DNA of 64,000 nucleotides from Acidimicrobiia bacterium (GTDB taxonomy: Bacteria; Actinomycetota; Acidimicrobiia; Spongiisociales; ZC4RG35), in NCBI GenBank assembly GCA_040902845.1, contig JBBDWM010000042.1, positions 7,343-71,342 on the forward strand, written 5' to 3'. How positions within the stretch are numbered: position 1 is the first letter of the stretch; the number at the start of each line of letters is the position of its first letter. The position numbers and the translations under genes are program-made. The notes under the pieces were generated by a model. That model made no database searches, had not been told where the DNA came from, and worked only from the letters and a program-made list of their open reading frames with translations. This document shows, piece by piece, positions 28,621-39,584 of the stretch.

Positions 28621-29736
28621 TCAATCGATCGGGTAGATCTCCTCCAGTTGGTTCCAGAAGGACATCGTGGGAAGTAGCACCGCCGCACCGGCGGGACTCC
28701 GGTGGTTCTCAACTTCGATCGAGAAACGCGAAACGGAGTCCTTGGAGATCCCCCGATAGCGCCAGGCCGCTGAAACGGCCTGCCCGAAAGACCAGGAAGA
28801 GTCGAGACGGACCGATGAGACCACCGCCGACATCTTGTTGGTGAACGACCCCGGAGAGGAGAAACCTGCCGCCTTGCCTGCCAACTGGAAGAGCACATCC
28901 TGTTGGCGGTTTTGGCGGGCGAAGTCGGATCCGGCCACTCGAACCCATTTACCCCCGATCAGTTGCTCGGTGTTTCGCGACCTAACCCATGCCAGGGTGG
29001 TCTCACCGTCGGCTCGACGGCAGCCGGCGGAGGCGATCTCCAAATCCGACTTGGGATCGCGGGTCGGATGATCGACACATATGGTCACCCCACCCATGGC
29101 GTTCACGACCCTCGCGAAGCCGCCGAAGTTCACCCTTGCCACATGGTCGACAGGTATCCCGGTGTAGTCCTCGACCATGATCGCCAAGAGCTCCGAGCCC
29201 GAGGCCACCCCGGTGCAACCTCCCAATCCTTCGTTGAGCCTGGTGAGGGTGCGTTTGCACAGGTTCCACACGAAGAGGTCTCTCGGGAGGCTCACCATGA
29301 TCGGGTTCGCCCCGTCCTCGGGTTGAAGAGCGAGGATGATCACGTCGGCGAGGAATCCAGAAGCATCGGCTCCCACCAGGAGGTACGAGGTGAAGACCTC
29401 GTCATCGATGGGGGTCCCGAATGAATACGGGGTAAGGGAGTGGGGATCGAAGGACCCCGATAGGTCGAACCCACCTGCCAGCTCCAATTGATGCTCGGCG
29501 AGTTCCTCGCCCTCCGGATAAGGGGCAGGCTCGACGAACACGATGTCGCGCGAAGTGGTGCCGGTGACGTCGATCGCGGCTCGGGCTGCCTCGGGATCGA
29601 ACTCCTCGCTGGCCACGGTGCCCAAGGCCGCCTGGACCTGATACACGTAGAACGCCCCCAGCCCGAGAAGCACCCCGGCGGCGACGGTGATCGCCACCCT
29701 CCAGGGGTGGAGGATCACGTATTGGACGATTCCCAC
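28621..29736 (-). CDS. LCP (LytR-CpsA-Psr) family protein
   Basis: N-terminal TM, LLVGAD, SLPRD, WVRSR, DFARQNRQQ. Confidence 0.9.
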   Translation of the reverse strand: MGIVQYVILHPWRVAITVAAGVLLGLGAFYVYQVQAALGTVASEEFDPEAARAAIDVTGTTSRDIVFVEPAPYPEGEELAEHQLELAGGFDLSGSFDPHSLTPYSFGTPIDDEVFTSYLLVGADASGFLADVIILALQPEDGANPIMVSLPRDLFVWNLCKRTLTRLNEGLGGCTGVASGSELLAIMVEDYTGIPVDHVARVNFGGFARVVNAMGGVTICVDHPTRDPKSDLEIASAGCRRADGETTLAWVRSRNTEQLIGGKWVRVAGSDFARQNRQQDVLFQLAGKAAGFSSPGSFTNKMSAVVSSVRLDSSWSFGQAVSAAWRYRGISKDSVSRFSIEVENHRSPAGAAVLLPTMSFWNQLEEIYPID

Positions 29737-29763
29737 TTCGTGATCGATCCTATATCTTGAGAG

Positions 29764-30171
29764 TCACGCCGACGGGGTGATGTGGACGGTCCCGGTGAAG
29801 AGCCCGACGACCTTCCCGTCATCTCTCTTCACGTCGACCCGGTAGGTACCCAGGGTGCGTCCCCGCGACATCTCCGTGACCCTGGCCTCCAGGCGGTCGC
29901 CACTTCTGGAAGCCGCGGTGAAAGCCAGATGGGCGTCCACCGCCACGGCTCGGTCCCCGACGGCATTGGAGGCAAGCGAAAACGCGCAGTCGGCGAGTGA
30001 GAAAACCATGCCACCGTGGCCAACCTCGAAAAAGTTCAGGTGGTCGGGGCGCACGTCGAGGCCCACGACGATCTCATCGTCTGAGACGGCGATCAACACG
30101 ATCCCCAGCGATTGGGCATAGGGGTCGGCATCAAGCATCTCCTGGAGACGGGTGCGTGTGAACCCGGACAC
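29764..30171 (-). CDS. PaaI-family thioesterase
   Basis: LN....HGGMVFSLAD hotdog-fold motif. Confidence 0.88.
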   Translation of the reverse strand: MSGFTRTRLQEMLDADPYAQSLGIVLIAVSDDEIVVGLDVRPDHLNFFEVGHGGMVFSLADCAFSLASNAVGDRAVAVDAHLAFTAASRSGDRLEARVTEMSRGRTLGTYRVDVKRDDGKVVGLFTGTVHITPSA

Positions 30172-30208
30172 CTGACGAGATTAGGTGGACGGGGTGACGC
30201 CGACGTCG

Positions 30209-30904
30209 TCACCAGCTCTTGGGCGTGCCGATCCAAGACCGCGGGCTGGTCGTCTCGAGTTTCGTGTTGTCGGTCTCGAAGTCGAGGTGATTGGCAACCG
30301 AAACCACTCCGTCCACCCGTGCGGTCAGCTTGGCCAACAGTTCGGCGTCGCTTCGAGTTTCGAGGCGGCCTCTGAGGACGACGTTTCCCTCTGTGCTCCG
30401 AATCTCCACCCGCTTCGGGTCGATCCAGAGGACCTTGCCGATGAGGTGTCCCTGGATCTCCTCGAGAATCTCCTGGTCGGTGCGGGCGAACACCCTGAGT
30501 ATGTCCGATCGGCTCACCAGCCCGACGACCCGGCCATCTTCACCCACCACGGGTATCCGCTTGACTCCTCCGCTCTGCATCATTCGGGCGGCTTCAGCAT
30601 GGTCGGCTTCAGGACCGAGCACGATCAGATTGGTGCTCATCACATCACCCACGAGGCGCTCCTGGCTTGGAAGCTCCACCTCCTTGTAGATGAAGCCAAG
30701 AAGACCGGCTGAAGTCTTTCGACGCCGATCAGCTTCGGTTCGCACGAAATCGGCCTCGGTGATGATGCCAACAAGAGAGCCGTCGCCTTGGGTCACGGGA
30801 AGACCACTGACGCCACCTTCGAGCATGCGGCGTGCCGCCTCCTTGAGGGAGGCATCGGGGCCAACCGTGATGACATCTCGTGTCATCAAATCGCGGAGTT
30901 TCAT
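30209..30904 (-). CDS. CBS-domain pair plus BON domain protein
   Basis: VSGLPV...GIITEAD, KRIPVV...GLVSRSD, GNVVLRG...VDGVVSVANHL. Confidence 0.88.
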   Translation of the reverse strand: MKLRDLMTRDVITVGPDASLKEAARRMLEGGVSGLPVTQGDGSLVGIITEADFVRTEADRRRKTSAGLLGFIYKEVELPSQERLVGDVMSTNLIVLGPEADHAEAARMMQSGGVKRIPVVGEDGRVVGLVSRSDILRVFARTDQEILEEIQGHLIGKVLWIDPKRVEIRSTEGNVVLRGRLETRSDAELLAKLTARVDGVVSVANHLDFETDNTKLETTSPRSWIGTPKSW

Positions 30905-30952
30905 CAAATACCCCTTCGGCTTTCAACGTATGTCGACGCGAGTTCGGGAGCT

Positions 30953-30968
30953 AGGGCAAAAGGGCCCG
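30953..30968. promoter_or_regulatory. Putative DosR/OsdR-type binding site
   Basis: AGGGC-AAAAGG-GCCCG, 22 bp upstream of a minus-strand TACGTT -10 (30930-30925) for the CBS-BON gene. Confidence 0.45.
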
Positions 30969-31046
30969 TTTGATCGGGCGCAAATCGCAGCACAGCAGCC
31001 AGGCAAGCGGCTCAGCCCGACTGCCTCCCCACTACCCTGGCGCCAC

Positions 31047-31928
31047 ATGGTGGCTCTACCTCATGTTGCATCGGGCAAGGTCAGGGAGATGTACGAGGTA
31101 GACGAGGATCATCTTCTCATAGAGGCCACCGATCGAATCTCTGCCTACGACATCGTTCTCAACCAGCCGATACCCGACAAGGGGAAGGTCCTGACGGGTC
31201 TGAGTCTCCACTTCTTCGACCTGCTCGACACCCCGAATCATCTCGCCACCACCGACCTGAGCGTCGTCGAAGGCCTGACCGACGACGATCGAACGACGCT
31301 GCACGGCAGGGCGATGGTGGTCCGCCGGGCCGAGGTGATCCCGGTGGAGTGCGTGGTCCGGGGTTACCTATACGGGTCGTCGTGGCGGGAGTATCGCGAT
31401 GGCGGCGGCCCCACCACCGAACATCTCCCTTCCGGCCTCCAGCTGGCCGACCTACTCCCCGAGCCGATCTTCACCCCGGCCACCAAGGCCACCTCGGGAC
31501 ATGACGAGAACATCACCGAGTCCCAGACCCGCAGCCTCCTTGGCGACCAGCTCTATGAGGAGCTGCGGAAGCGCTCGGTCGACATCTACCTGCGCGCTTC
31601 TGAATATGCCGCGACGAGGGGGGTGATCCTGGCCGACACCAAATTCGAGTTTGGCTTCGCCGGTGACGAGCTGCTCCTGATCGACGAGGTGCTCACACCG
31701 GATTCGTCCAGGTACTGGCCGGCTGATCAATGGGTTCCGGGCCACGATGTCCCCTCGTTCGATAAACAGCCTTTACGGGACTGGCTCGACGACGCGGGCT
31801 GGGACAAGACCGCCCCGGCACCAGACCTCCCACCGGAGATGGTCGACGAAACCAGCGCCAGATATGTCGAGGCATACGAGCGAGTAACCGGGGAGAGTTT
31901 CGAGGCCTATCTGAACCAGGCCCACTGA
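31047..31928 (+). CDS. purC: SAICAR synthetase
   Basis: SGKVRE, TDRISAYD, ECVVRGY, DTKFEFG, DEVLTPDSSRYW. Confidence 0.96.
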   Translation: MVALPHVASGKVREMYEVDEDHLLIEATDRISAYDIVLNQPIPDKGKVLTGLSLHFFDLLDTPNHLATTDLSVVEGLTDDDRTTLHGRAMVVRRAEVIPVECVVRGYLYGSSWREYRDGGGPTTEHLPSGLQLADLLPEPIFTPATKATSGHDENITESQTRSLLGDQLYEELRKRSVDIYLRASEYAATRGVILADTKFEFGFAGDELLLIDEVLTPDSSRYWPADQWVPGHDVPSFDKQPLRDWLDDAGWDKTAPAPDLPPEMVDETSARYVEAYERVTGESFEAYLNQAH

Positions 31929-32170
31929 TGAGAGTCACCGTCGAGATCACACGCCGCCCCGAGATCGCCGATCCCGAGGGAACAAACATCATGCGGGCGC
32001 TCACCGATCTGGGTCATCCCCACATCGAATCGGTGCGGGTCGACCGAATCATCCATCTCGATGTCACCGGTGACGACCCCGACCACGTCAAGCTACAAGT
32101 CGAGGAAATGTGCCGACAACTTCTGGCCAACCCGGTTCTCGAGGACTTCCGGGTCGAGGTGAGTGAGTGA
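31928..32170 (+). CDS. purS: FGAM synthase subunit PurS
   Basis: DPEG and LLANPVLEDF. Confidence 0.93.
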   Translation: MRVTVEITRRPEIADPEGTNIMRALTDLGHPHIESVRVDRIIHLDVTGDDPDHVKLQVEEMCRQLLANPVLEDFRVEVSE

Positions 32171-32811
32171 GGACCGCGGTCATCGTTTTCCCCGGCACCA
32201 ATTGCGAGCACGACGTGGTCCACGCACTGAGGTCGCTCGGTGGCGATGCCGAACTGGTCTGGCACCGGGCAACCGACCTGTCCGACTTCGACGGAGTGAT
32301 CCTGCCCGGTGGCTTCGCCCATGGCGATTATCTGCGCACCGGCGCTATCGCGAGGTTCTCGCCGGTGATGGCCGAGGTGGGGCGAATGGCCGACGAAGGC
32401 GCCCCTGTTCTCGGCATCTGCAACGGATTCCAGGTGCTCTGCGAGGCCGGGATGCTCCCCGGCGCCCTGATCGCCAACCGGGATCTGGCGTTCATCTGCC
32501 GCTTCGTCGACGTCGAGGTGACCGACACCTCGACCATCCTCACTCGCAATGCAGCTTTGGGTCAGCGGATCCGCATCCCGCTCAACTCCTATGAGGGAAA
32601 CTGGGTCGACCCTGGGTTTGGCGCCAGGGTGGCATTGACCTATCTCGACAACCCCAATGGATCACAAGGCTCGGCAGCGGCTGTGTCCAACGCCGAAGGG
32701 AACGTGGTTGGGGTGATGCCCCACCCCGAACGCGCCTCGGATGAGTTGCTCGGGTCGTCGGACGGCTTGGTTCTCTTGGAGAGCTTCCTCCAGTCGCTGG
32801 TGCCCGCATGA
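32167..32811 (+). CDS. purQ: FGAM synthase glutaminase subunit
   Basis: FPGTNC, PGGF..GDY, GICNGFQ, MPHPER. Confidence 0.95.
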   Translation: MRTAVIVFPGTNCEHDVVHALRSLGGDAELVWHRATDLSDFDGVILPGGFAHGDYLRTGAIARFSPVMAEVGRMADEGAPVLGICNGFQVLCEAGMLPGALIANRDLAFICRFVDVEVTDTSTILTRNAALGQRIRIPLNSYEGNWVDPGFGARVALTYLDNPNGSQGSAAAVSNAEGNVVGVMPHPERASDELLGSSDGLVLLESFLQSLVPA

Positions 32812-34964
32812 CCATCACCGGCCAGCCGGTCCACCGGCGGCTTGGGATGACCGACGAGGAGTACGAATCCGTGATCGGGATCCTGGGCCGGGACCCACTC
32901 CCAGCCGAGTTGGCGATGTACTCGGTCATGTGGTCCGAGCATTGCTCATACAAATCGTCTCGGGCCCACCTGCGTCGTTTCCCAACCGAGGCTCCCTGGG
33001 TGGTGGTGGGCCCTGGCGAGAACGCCGGCGTGGTGGACCTCGGCGATGGCTGGCTGGCCGCTCTCCGGATCGAGAGCCACAACCACCCCTCCTTCGTCGA
33101 GCCCTACCAGGGTGCCGCCACCGGGGTGGGAGGGATTCTGCGTGACGTCTTCACCATGGGCGCCCGGCCCATCGCCCTTTGGGATCAGATCAGATTTGGG
33201 CCACTCGACGATCCGAAGAACCGTTATCTGTTCGGCGGGGTGGTGGCGGGTATCGCTGGATATGGCAACGCCGTTGGGGTTCCGACCGTCGGTGGGGAGA
33301 TCGAGTTCGACCCCACCTATTCCGGCAACCCGCTGGTCAACGTGATGTGTCTCGGGATCCTCAGAGAGGAGCAACTGGTGTTGGGGACCGCCGGGGAACC
33401 TGGCAACGTGGCGGTCCTGCTGGGCAAGGCGACCGGTCGCGACGGCATCGGCGGTGCCTCGGTGCTCGCATCTGCCTCGTTCGATGACGGATCCCAGGAG
33501 AAACGGCCCAGTGTGCAGGTCGGTGACCCCTTCGAGGAGAAGAAGCTGATCGAGGCCTGCCTCGAGCTCTTTGAGGGAGGGCTCGTCGCCGGGATCCAGG
33601 ACCTGGGAGCTGCCGGGCTCGCCTGCGCCATCTCCGAGCCATCCGGCAGAGCTGGGGTCGGGATGGACGTCGACCTCGACGCGGTTCATGTCAGAGAAGG
33701 CGGCATGACCGCTCCCGAGCTGCTGATGTCCGAATCCCAGGAGCGGATGATGGCCTTCGTCCACCCCCGCAACGTAGAAGCGGTCCTGGCGGTGGCTGGG
33801 AAATGGGAGATCGAATCGGCGGTGGTGGGCCAGGTGAAGGCCGGTGGCACCCTGACCGTGCGTCACGAAGGCGAGATCGTCGCCGACATGCCGGCGGCAT
33901 CGCTCGCCGACGACGCTCCGCTCTACGACCGGCCGCTCAGCCGCCCTGAATGGCTCGACGGGTTGTGGGAGCTACCGGACCCACCTCAAATCGAGCCCGC
34001 CAACGCCCTGATTCGTCTCCTCGACGACCCCGCTATCGGCTCGTCGGCCTGGGTGCACGAGCAGTACGACCACATGTTGTTCCTGAACACACTCCGCGGC
34101 CCGGGAGGCGACGGCTCATTGCTTCGGATCAGGGGTACCACCAAGGGCCTCGCCGTCTCCACCGACGGCAACGGCGCTCTCTGTCTGCTCGACCCGAGAC
34201 GAGGGGCCGCACGCCTGGTATACGAGGCGGCGCTGAATGTGGCGATGACCGGAGCTCGCGCGTTGGCGGTCGTCGACAACCTCAACTTCGGCAATCCCGA
34301 GAAACCAGAGGTCATGTGGCAGTTCCGGGAGACCGTCGAGGGGATTTCGGAAGCGTGCGAGACGCTCGGCATCCCGGTGGTTGGAGGCAACGTCTCCTTC
34401 TACAACGAGACCGACGGCTTCGACATCCACCCGACCCCCGTGATTGGCCTTCTGGGTCTCGCCGATCCGATCGCCAAGCACCTCCCTGGCCTGGACCGGG
34501 CGAAAGCGGGCATGGAGATCTGGGTGGTAGGGCCCGAAGCGACCGACAACCTCGCCGGGTCGGCCTTCCAGAGGGTGGTCCAGGGCCAACTAGGTGGCCG
34601 GCCTAGCGCGGCCCAGCCCGAGACGGCCAAACAGGTGATCGAAATGGCCGTATCTCTCGCCCAACAGGTCCCTGTTCTCCACGACGTCTCGTCGGGAGGC
34701 CTGGCAGTGGCGGTGGCCGAGATTTGCATCGCCTCCGAGGTCGGGGCCGAGGTGTGGTTGGACGCTGACGCTCGGCTGTTCTCCGAGGACCCCCACCGGT
34801 TCATCCTGATGATGGAACCGGAAACCGTGAGCTTGCCGGCGAACCTGGCCAGGCGAATCGGGTCCGTCGGTGGGGACAGCCTTTCGATAGCCGGAGAAGC
34901 CGTCGATCTCGGCCTGCTCACCACCACCTACCGGGACGCGATCCCTCGCCGCATGCGAGGGTGA
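32808..34964 (+). CDS. purL: FGAM synthase subunit PurL
   Basis: [39 protein letters not shown]. Confidence 0.97.
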   Translation: MTITGQPVHRRLGMTDEEYESVIGILGRDPLPAELAMYSVMWSEHCSYKSSRAHLRRFPTEAPWVVVGPGENAGVVDLGDGWLAALRIESHNHPSFVEPYQGAATGVGGILRDVFTMGARPIALWDQIRFGPLDDPKNRYLFGGVVAGIAGYGNAVGVPTVGGEIEFDPTYSGNPLVNVMCLGILREEQLVLGTAGEPGNVAVLLGKATGRDGIGGASVLASASFDDGSQEKRPSVQVGDPFEEKKLIEACLELFEGGLVAGIQDLGAAGLACAISEPSGRAGVGMDVDLDAVHVREGGMTAPELLMSESQERMMAFVHPRNVEAVLAVAGKWEIESAVVGQVKAGGTLTVRHEGEIVADMPAASLADDAPLYDRPLSRPEWLDGLWELPDPPQIEPANALIRLLDDPAIGSSAWVHEQYDHMLFLNTLRGPGGDGSLLRIRGTTKGLAVSTDGNGALCLLDPRRGAARLVYEAALNVAMTGARALAVVDNLNFGNPEKPEVMWQFRETVEGISEACETLGIPVVGGNVSFYNETDGFDIHPTPVIGLLGLADPIAKHLPGLDRAKAGMEIWVVGPEATDNLAGSAFQRVVQGQLGGRPSAAQPETAKQVIEMAVSLAQQVPVLHDVSSGGLAVAVAEICIASEVGAEVWLDADARLFSEDPHRFILMMEPETVSLPANLARRIGSVGGDSLSIAGEAVDLGLLTTTYRDAIPRRMRG

Positions 34965-34990
34965 AGTCCAGTCCGGTCGCTCGACCGCCC

Positions 34991-35038
34991 CGTAATTGGG
35001 ATGCTCAGGGGTCATATACGGCCCTGTGGCTCCCAATT
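34991..35038. repeat. Palindromic repeat family A, copy 2
   Basis: AATTGGGA-TGCT-CAGGG-GTCATATACGG-CCCTG-TGGC-TCCCAATT. Confidence 0.75.
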
Positions 35039-35074
35039 TGGGAGGGGGCGACGCCGAGTCGATAGCATCGCGGG

Positions 35075-36196
35075 GTGACGAGAACAATCGGCATCCTGAC
35101 TGCGGGTGGTGACAGCCCCGGACTCAACGCGGCTATCCGTGCCATCGGCAAGGCCGCTCAACGCGCCTACCGGATGGACGTCATCGGCTTCAAAGATGGA
35201 TTCCAGGGCCTCATGCAGAACCGATACGCTCGCCTCGACTCCGACGCCCTGTCCGGGATCCTGACCAGGGGTGGCACGGTGCTCGGCACCAGCCGGGCCA
35301 AGGTCGACAAGATGGAATTGGCCGATGGCACCACCATGGACGGGCGCTCCGTGATGAGCGAGATCGTCGAACAGCATCAACTCGAAGCCCTGGTCTGCCT
35401 CGGTGGCGACGGCACGATGCGCAATGCCCTGAAACTCGAGGAGTTCGGGATCCGGGTGTTGGGGGTGCCGAAGACCATCGACAACGACGTCACCGGGACC
35501 GATGTGACCTTTGGTTTCGACACAGCGATGGGGATCGCCACCGATGCCATCGACCGCCTCCACTCCACGGCTCACTCCCACCACCGGATCATCGTGGTCG
35601 AAACCATGGGTCACGAAGTGGGCTGGCTGGCCCTGGGCGCCGGACTCGCCGGTGGGGCCGACGTGATCCTCATCCCGGAGATTCCCCACGATGTCGAGGC
35701 GGTGGCTTCCTCCATTCAGCTGCGCAAAGAGGCCGGTAGCGCGTTCTCGATCGTGGCAGTGGCCGAGGGCGCATACTCCCTGGAGCAAGCCTCGGCCCAG
35801 GTCTCGATCCTCCAGGAGTTGGAGGTGGCAAAGGGGAACGACCGTCGACGGCTCAAAAAGACACTCAAGGACCTCCAGGAGGACCGATCGAAGCGAACCG
35901 AGCAGCTTGCGGCGAGTCTCGAAAAACTGACCGGGCTGGAGTCGAGGGTCACCATCCTCGGCCACGTCCAACGAGGCGGTACTCCGTCCGCCGCCGACCG
36001 GTTGCTCGCTACCAGGCTCGGCACCGCCTGTACCGACTACATCGCCGAAGGCCTGCACGGGGTGATGGTGGCCGCCCGGGGCGAGGGCACGGAGCCGGTT
36101 CCCCTCAAGGAAACCGCAGGTATCACCAAGTTCGTTCCTCTCGACCATCCCTGGATCATCTCGGCGCGGCGCCTTGGGATTGCCCTCGGCGACTGA
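35075..36196 (+). CDS. pfkA: 6-phosphofructokinase
   Basis: [34 protein letters not shown]. Confidence 0.93.
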   Translation: MTRTIGILTAGGDSPGLNAAIRAIGKAAQRAYRMDVIGFKDGFQGLMQNRYARLDSDALSGILTRGGTVLGTSRAKVDKMELADGTTMDGRSVMSEIVEQHQLEALVCLGGDGTMRNALKLEEFGIRVLGVPKTIDNDVTGTDVTFGFDTAMGIATDAIDRLHSTAHSHHRIIVVETMGHEVGWLALGAGLAGGADVILIPEIPHDVEAVASSIQLRKEAGSAFSIVAVAEGAYSLEQASAQVSILQELEVAKGNDRRRLKKTLKDLQEDRSKRTEQLAASLEKLTGLESRVTILGHVQRGGTPSAADRLLATRLGTACTDYIAEGLHGVMVAARGEGTEPVPLKETAGITKFVPLDHPWIISARRLGIALGD

Positions 36197-36762
36197 TGAG
36201 CACACTTGGAGCCGTCCTCGCCGGTGGCCGAAGCTCACGTATGGGAGCGGACAAGGCGGAGGTCGAGGTCGAGGGTCAGACCATGCTGCAGCGGGTCTCC
36301 TCTGCACTCGGGGAGATCCTCCCTCACGTCGTGGTGCTCGGCGCCGATCGGGAAGGGATCGAGTGCTGGCCCGACGTCGTCCCGGCGCGAGGGCCGCTCG
36401 CAGGAATCGTGACTGCCCTCTCCCGAATGGAGGACGACCGGGTCCTCATCGTCGCCGTCGATCAGCCGTTTGTCCGTACCCGAACCCTGGCACGACTCGG
36501 CGAGCTCGACTCGATGATCCCCGTGGTCCCGGTCGACCAGGAAGGGGTGCGTCAGGTCACCTGTGCTCTCTATCCGAAGGCGATCGCCAGTGCAGCGATG
36601 GAGGAGGCGGAGGCCGATGGGTCGATCCAGAGTCTGCTCGATCGTGTTTCGTTCCAAGCCGTCACCCCAGAGATCTGGTCCCTCTGGGGTGAGGATGGGA
36701 GAAGTTGGTTCTCCGTGGACACTCCGGGTGCGCTGGAAGAGGGTGTCCGCCGCTTCCTCTGA
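36196..36762 (+). CDS. mobA: Molybdenum cofactor guanylyltransferase-like nucleotidyltransferase
   Basis: LAGGRSSRMGADKA, GPLAGI, AVDQP. Confidence 0.8.
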   Translation: MSTLGAVLAGGRSSRMGADKAEVEVEGQTMLQRVSSALGEILPHVVVLGADREGIECWPDVVPARGPLAGIVTALSRMEDDRVLIVAVDQPFVRTRTLARLGELDSMIPVVPVDQEGVRQVTCALYPKAIASAAMEEAEADGSIQSLLDRVSFQAVTPEIWSLWGEDGRSWFSVDTPGALEEGVRRFL

Positions 36763-36817
36763 TCGCCATCGGCACGAGGCCCGTGGCTAGATTCGCTCGA
36801 GGAAAGTTGCGAGCCAA

Positions 36818-37171
36818 ATGGGTTGCCTTCTCGCCGTATTCGTCCTGATAAGCCCACGTCTCGGGATGGTGGCTATCTGGCTGTTGACCGACTGGGAGGA
36901 CCGGGTCTTCAACTCGTGGGTGATCCCGTTGCTGGGGATCATTTTCGTCCCATGGACGACGGTGCTCTACACGATCGGTTACATCGTCTCGGGCGACACT
37001 GCCTCGCCTTGGGGGATCATGGGCCTCATCATCGGCGTCTTCCTCGATATGATGAGCTGTTGCGGGCTCGTCGAAACCGGTCCGCAACAGCTAGCAGAGG
37101 AGCCCGCTAGGTCTATCCCTAGGCTGGGAGTCGATTCGAATAGGCCAGGGTCATCGCCTCACCTAGCATGA
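36818..37171 (+). CDS. Small membrane protein; C-terminus possibly extended by a frameshift
   Basis: Hydrophobic MGCLL..SPRL..W...PWTT core; the tail runs through an 11-bp inverted repeat. Confidence 0.6.
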   Translation: MGCLLAVFVLISPRLGMVAIWLLTDWEDRVFNSWVIPLLGIIFVPWTTVLYTIGYIVSGDTASPWGIMGLIIGVFLDMMSCCGLVETGPQQLAEEPARSIPRLGVDSNRPGSSPHLA

Positions 37172-38607
37172 CCGATGTGCCCAATGAGGCTGACATCTCA
37201 CCACTCGAGGGCCCCGGTGAGGCCTGCGGAGTCATCGCTGCGTACACCCCCAAGGAACGCGCGTCCAACCTCATCTACTTCGGTCTCTTCGCTCTCCAAC
37301 ACCGCGGACAGGAATCGGCAGGGATCGCGACCTCGGACGGCGAGACCGTCACCGTGTTCAAGGACCTCGGCCTGGTCGCACAGGTCTTCGACGAACCGAC
37401 CCTGGCCGTTCTCGACGGTCACGTAGGGATCGGGCACACCCGGTACTCGACCACAGGCTCCAACAATTGGGCCAATGCCCAACCGGTACATCGTCAGGTC
37501 GGCAACACCAGCCTGGCGCTGGGTCACAACGGCAACCTGATCAACACCCGCCAACTCGCCGGGGAGCTGGGAATCTCAGGCGCCACCACGGATTCAGATC
37601 TGATGGCAGAGGGCATAGCGCGGGAACTGGACGACGAGCGCTCTGATTCTCGTGGGTTGGAGCTGGCGATCATGAAGGTGGCACCCACCTGGAAGGGTGC
37701 GTTCTCCTTGGTGATCATGGACCAGGGAAGAGTGGTCGGTCTCCGCGATCCCAATGGATTCCGTCCCCTCTGTCTTGGTTCTCTTCCCGGCGGGGGCTGG
37801 GTGCTCGCATCCGAAACCGCGGCCCTCGACCTCATCGGCTCGCGGTTCGTCCGTGAGGTGGCGGCAGGGGAAATGGTGGTCATCGATGCCGGAGGGGTCC
37901 ACAGCTACTACCCGTTCGGTCAGGTGACACCCGGTCTCTGCCTCTTCGAGTTCGTGTACTTCGCCCGACCGGACAGCCAGATGTATGGGCGAAGCATCCA
38001 TGGGGCGCGTCATCAGATGGGCCAGGTCCTCGCCGCAGAGCACCCGGCGGATGGAGACGTGGTGGTTCCCGTGCCCGAATCGGGAATTCCGGCTGCTCAG
38101 GGGTTTGCCGCCGCAAGCGGCATCCCCTACACCGACGGGTTGGTCAAAAACCGCTATATCGGGCGCACGTTTATCGAGCCCTCGCAGACAATCAGGGACC
38201 GCGGGATACGGCTCAAACTCAACCCGATCGTGGAGAACCTGAACGGGAAGCGGGTGATCTTGGTCGATGACTCGATCGTTAGGGGCTCGACCACCCGCAA
38301 GCTGGTGCAGTTGGTTCGGGAAGCCGGAGCGGTCGAAGTCCATCTGCGGGTCTCCTCACCTCCCTACCGCTGGCCATGCTTCTACGGGATGGACACTTCC
38401 GATCGGTCGACGTTGATTGCCTCCCATATGGATGTCGAGGAGATCCGTGAGCATCTGGGTGCAGACTCGCTCGGCTATCTCTCGTTGGAAGGCCTGCTCG
38501 GCGCAACCGGTGTCGCCGACGCCGGGTTCTGCACCGCCTGTCTGTCCGGGGAATATCCCACCGACATCCCCGAGGTGACAGACAAGTTCCAGCTCGAGCG
38601 TTCCTGA
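37168..38607 (+). CDS. purF: Amidophosphoribosyltransferase
   Basis: Propeptide then CG, LQHRGQE, GHTRYST, DDSIVRG, Fe-S Cys ligands. Confidence 0.97.
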   Translation: MTDVPNEADISPLEGPGEACGVIAAYTPKERASNLIYFGLFALQHRGQESAGIATSDGETVTVFKDLGLVAQVFDEPTLAVLDGHVGIGHTRYSTTGSNNWANAQPVHRQVGNTSLALGHNGNLINTRQLAGELGISGATTDSDLMAEGIARELDDERSDSRGLELAIMKVAPTWKGAFSLVIMDQGRVVGLRDPNGFRPLCLGSLPGGGWVLASETAALDLIGSRFVREVAAGEMVVIDAGGVHSYYPFGQVTPGLCLFEFVYFARPDSQMYGRSIHGARHQMGQVLAAEHPADGDVVVPVPESGIPAAQGFAAASGIPYTDGLVKNRYIGRTFIEPSQTIRDRGIRLKLNPIVENLNGKRVILVDDSIVRGSTTRKLVQLVREAGAVEVHLRVSSPPYRWPCFYGMDTSDRSTLIASHMDVEEIREHLGADSLGYLSLEGLLGATGVADAGFCTACLSGEYPTDIPEVTDKFQLERS

Positions 38608-38609
38608 AA

Positions 38610-39584
38610 ATGACCTCATATCGGGAGGCCGGGGTCGACCTCGACGGCGCCGACCGTCATGTGGCCAATATCACATCGGTGGTCACCGCCACATGGGCGG
38701 CCAACGTGATCGGCGGGTTTGGTGGCTTCGCCGCAGGCGTCGAGATCCCCGGCGGGTACCAGCGGCCTGTTCTGATGATGTCAGTCGACGGCGTCGGCAC
38801 CAAGCTCGAGTTGGCAAGACTCTCCGGGCGCTGGGAGGGGGTGGGCATGGATGTGGTCGCCATGTGTGTCGACGACCTGGCGGCACTGGGGGCTAGACCT
38901 ATCGGATTCGTTGATTACCTGGCTGTGGGCGCCCTCAACGAGGAGCGGGACCTGGCAATCGTCGCTTCGATTGCCGCGGCTTGTCGCTTGGCCGGATGCC
39001 CTTTGCTCGGCGGAGAGACTGCCGAACACCCGGGTGTGATGGAGCCTGATGCTGTGGACCTGGCCGGGGCGGTGATGGGTGTCGTCGAGCACGGAGAAGA
39101 GCTCGGTCCGAGTCGGGTTGCCGAGGGCGACCTGCTGGTTGGGCTCAAGTCACCCAATCTGCGGTCCAACGGCTTCTCTCTCATCCGCTCCCTGTTCGCG
39201 GAGACTCTCGATGAGCACGTGGAAAGCTTTCTCGAGCCTTCGGTCATCTATTCGCCTGCGGTGCAGAGGGCGGTGGCCACCGGAGCCGTGCACTCCGCGG
39301 CCCACATCACGGGCGGGGGAATCGTCGGGAACGTCCCCAGGTCCCTGCCTGACCACCTGGGGGCGAGGATCGACACCACGGCATGGGCGACGCCGCAGGT
39401 GTTCACGTCGGTCGAGGCGATGGGCGTGTCTCGGGAGGACATGCTTCGGACATTCAACATGGGGATCGGGTTCTGTTTGGTGGTGGATCCCTCGGGTCTC
39501 GATGAGGTGCTCGAGGCCACGGCCGAGCACCAGCCAACTGTGATCGGGGCCGTGACCGCAGGCGAAGGCCTCGACATTCGATGA
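38610..39584 (+). CDS. purM: AIR synthetase
   Basis: YREAGVD, DGVGTK, GGETAEHPG, HITGGG, TFNMGIG. Confidence 0.96.
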   Translation: MTSYREAGVDLDGADRHVANITSVVTATWAANVIGGFGGFAAGVEIPGGYQRPVLMMSVDGVGTKLELARLSGRWEGVGMDVVAMCVDDLAALGARPIGFVDYLAVGALNEERDLAIVASIAAACRLAGCPLLGGETAEHPGVMEPDAVDLAGAVMGVVEHGEELGPSRVAEGDLLVGLKSPNLRSNGFSLIRSLFAETLDEHVESFLEPSVIYSPAVQRAVATGAVHSAAHITGGGIVGNVPRSLPDHLGARIDTTAWATPQVFTSVEAMGVSREDMLRTFNMGIGFCLVVDPSGLDEVLEATAEHQPTVIGAVTAGEGLDIR

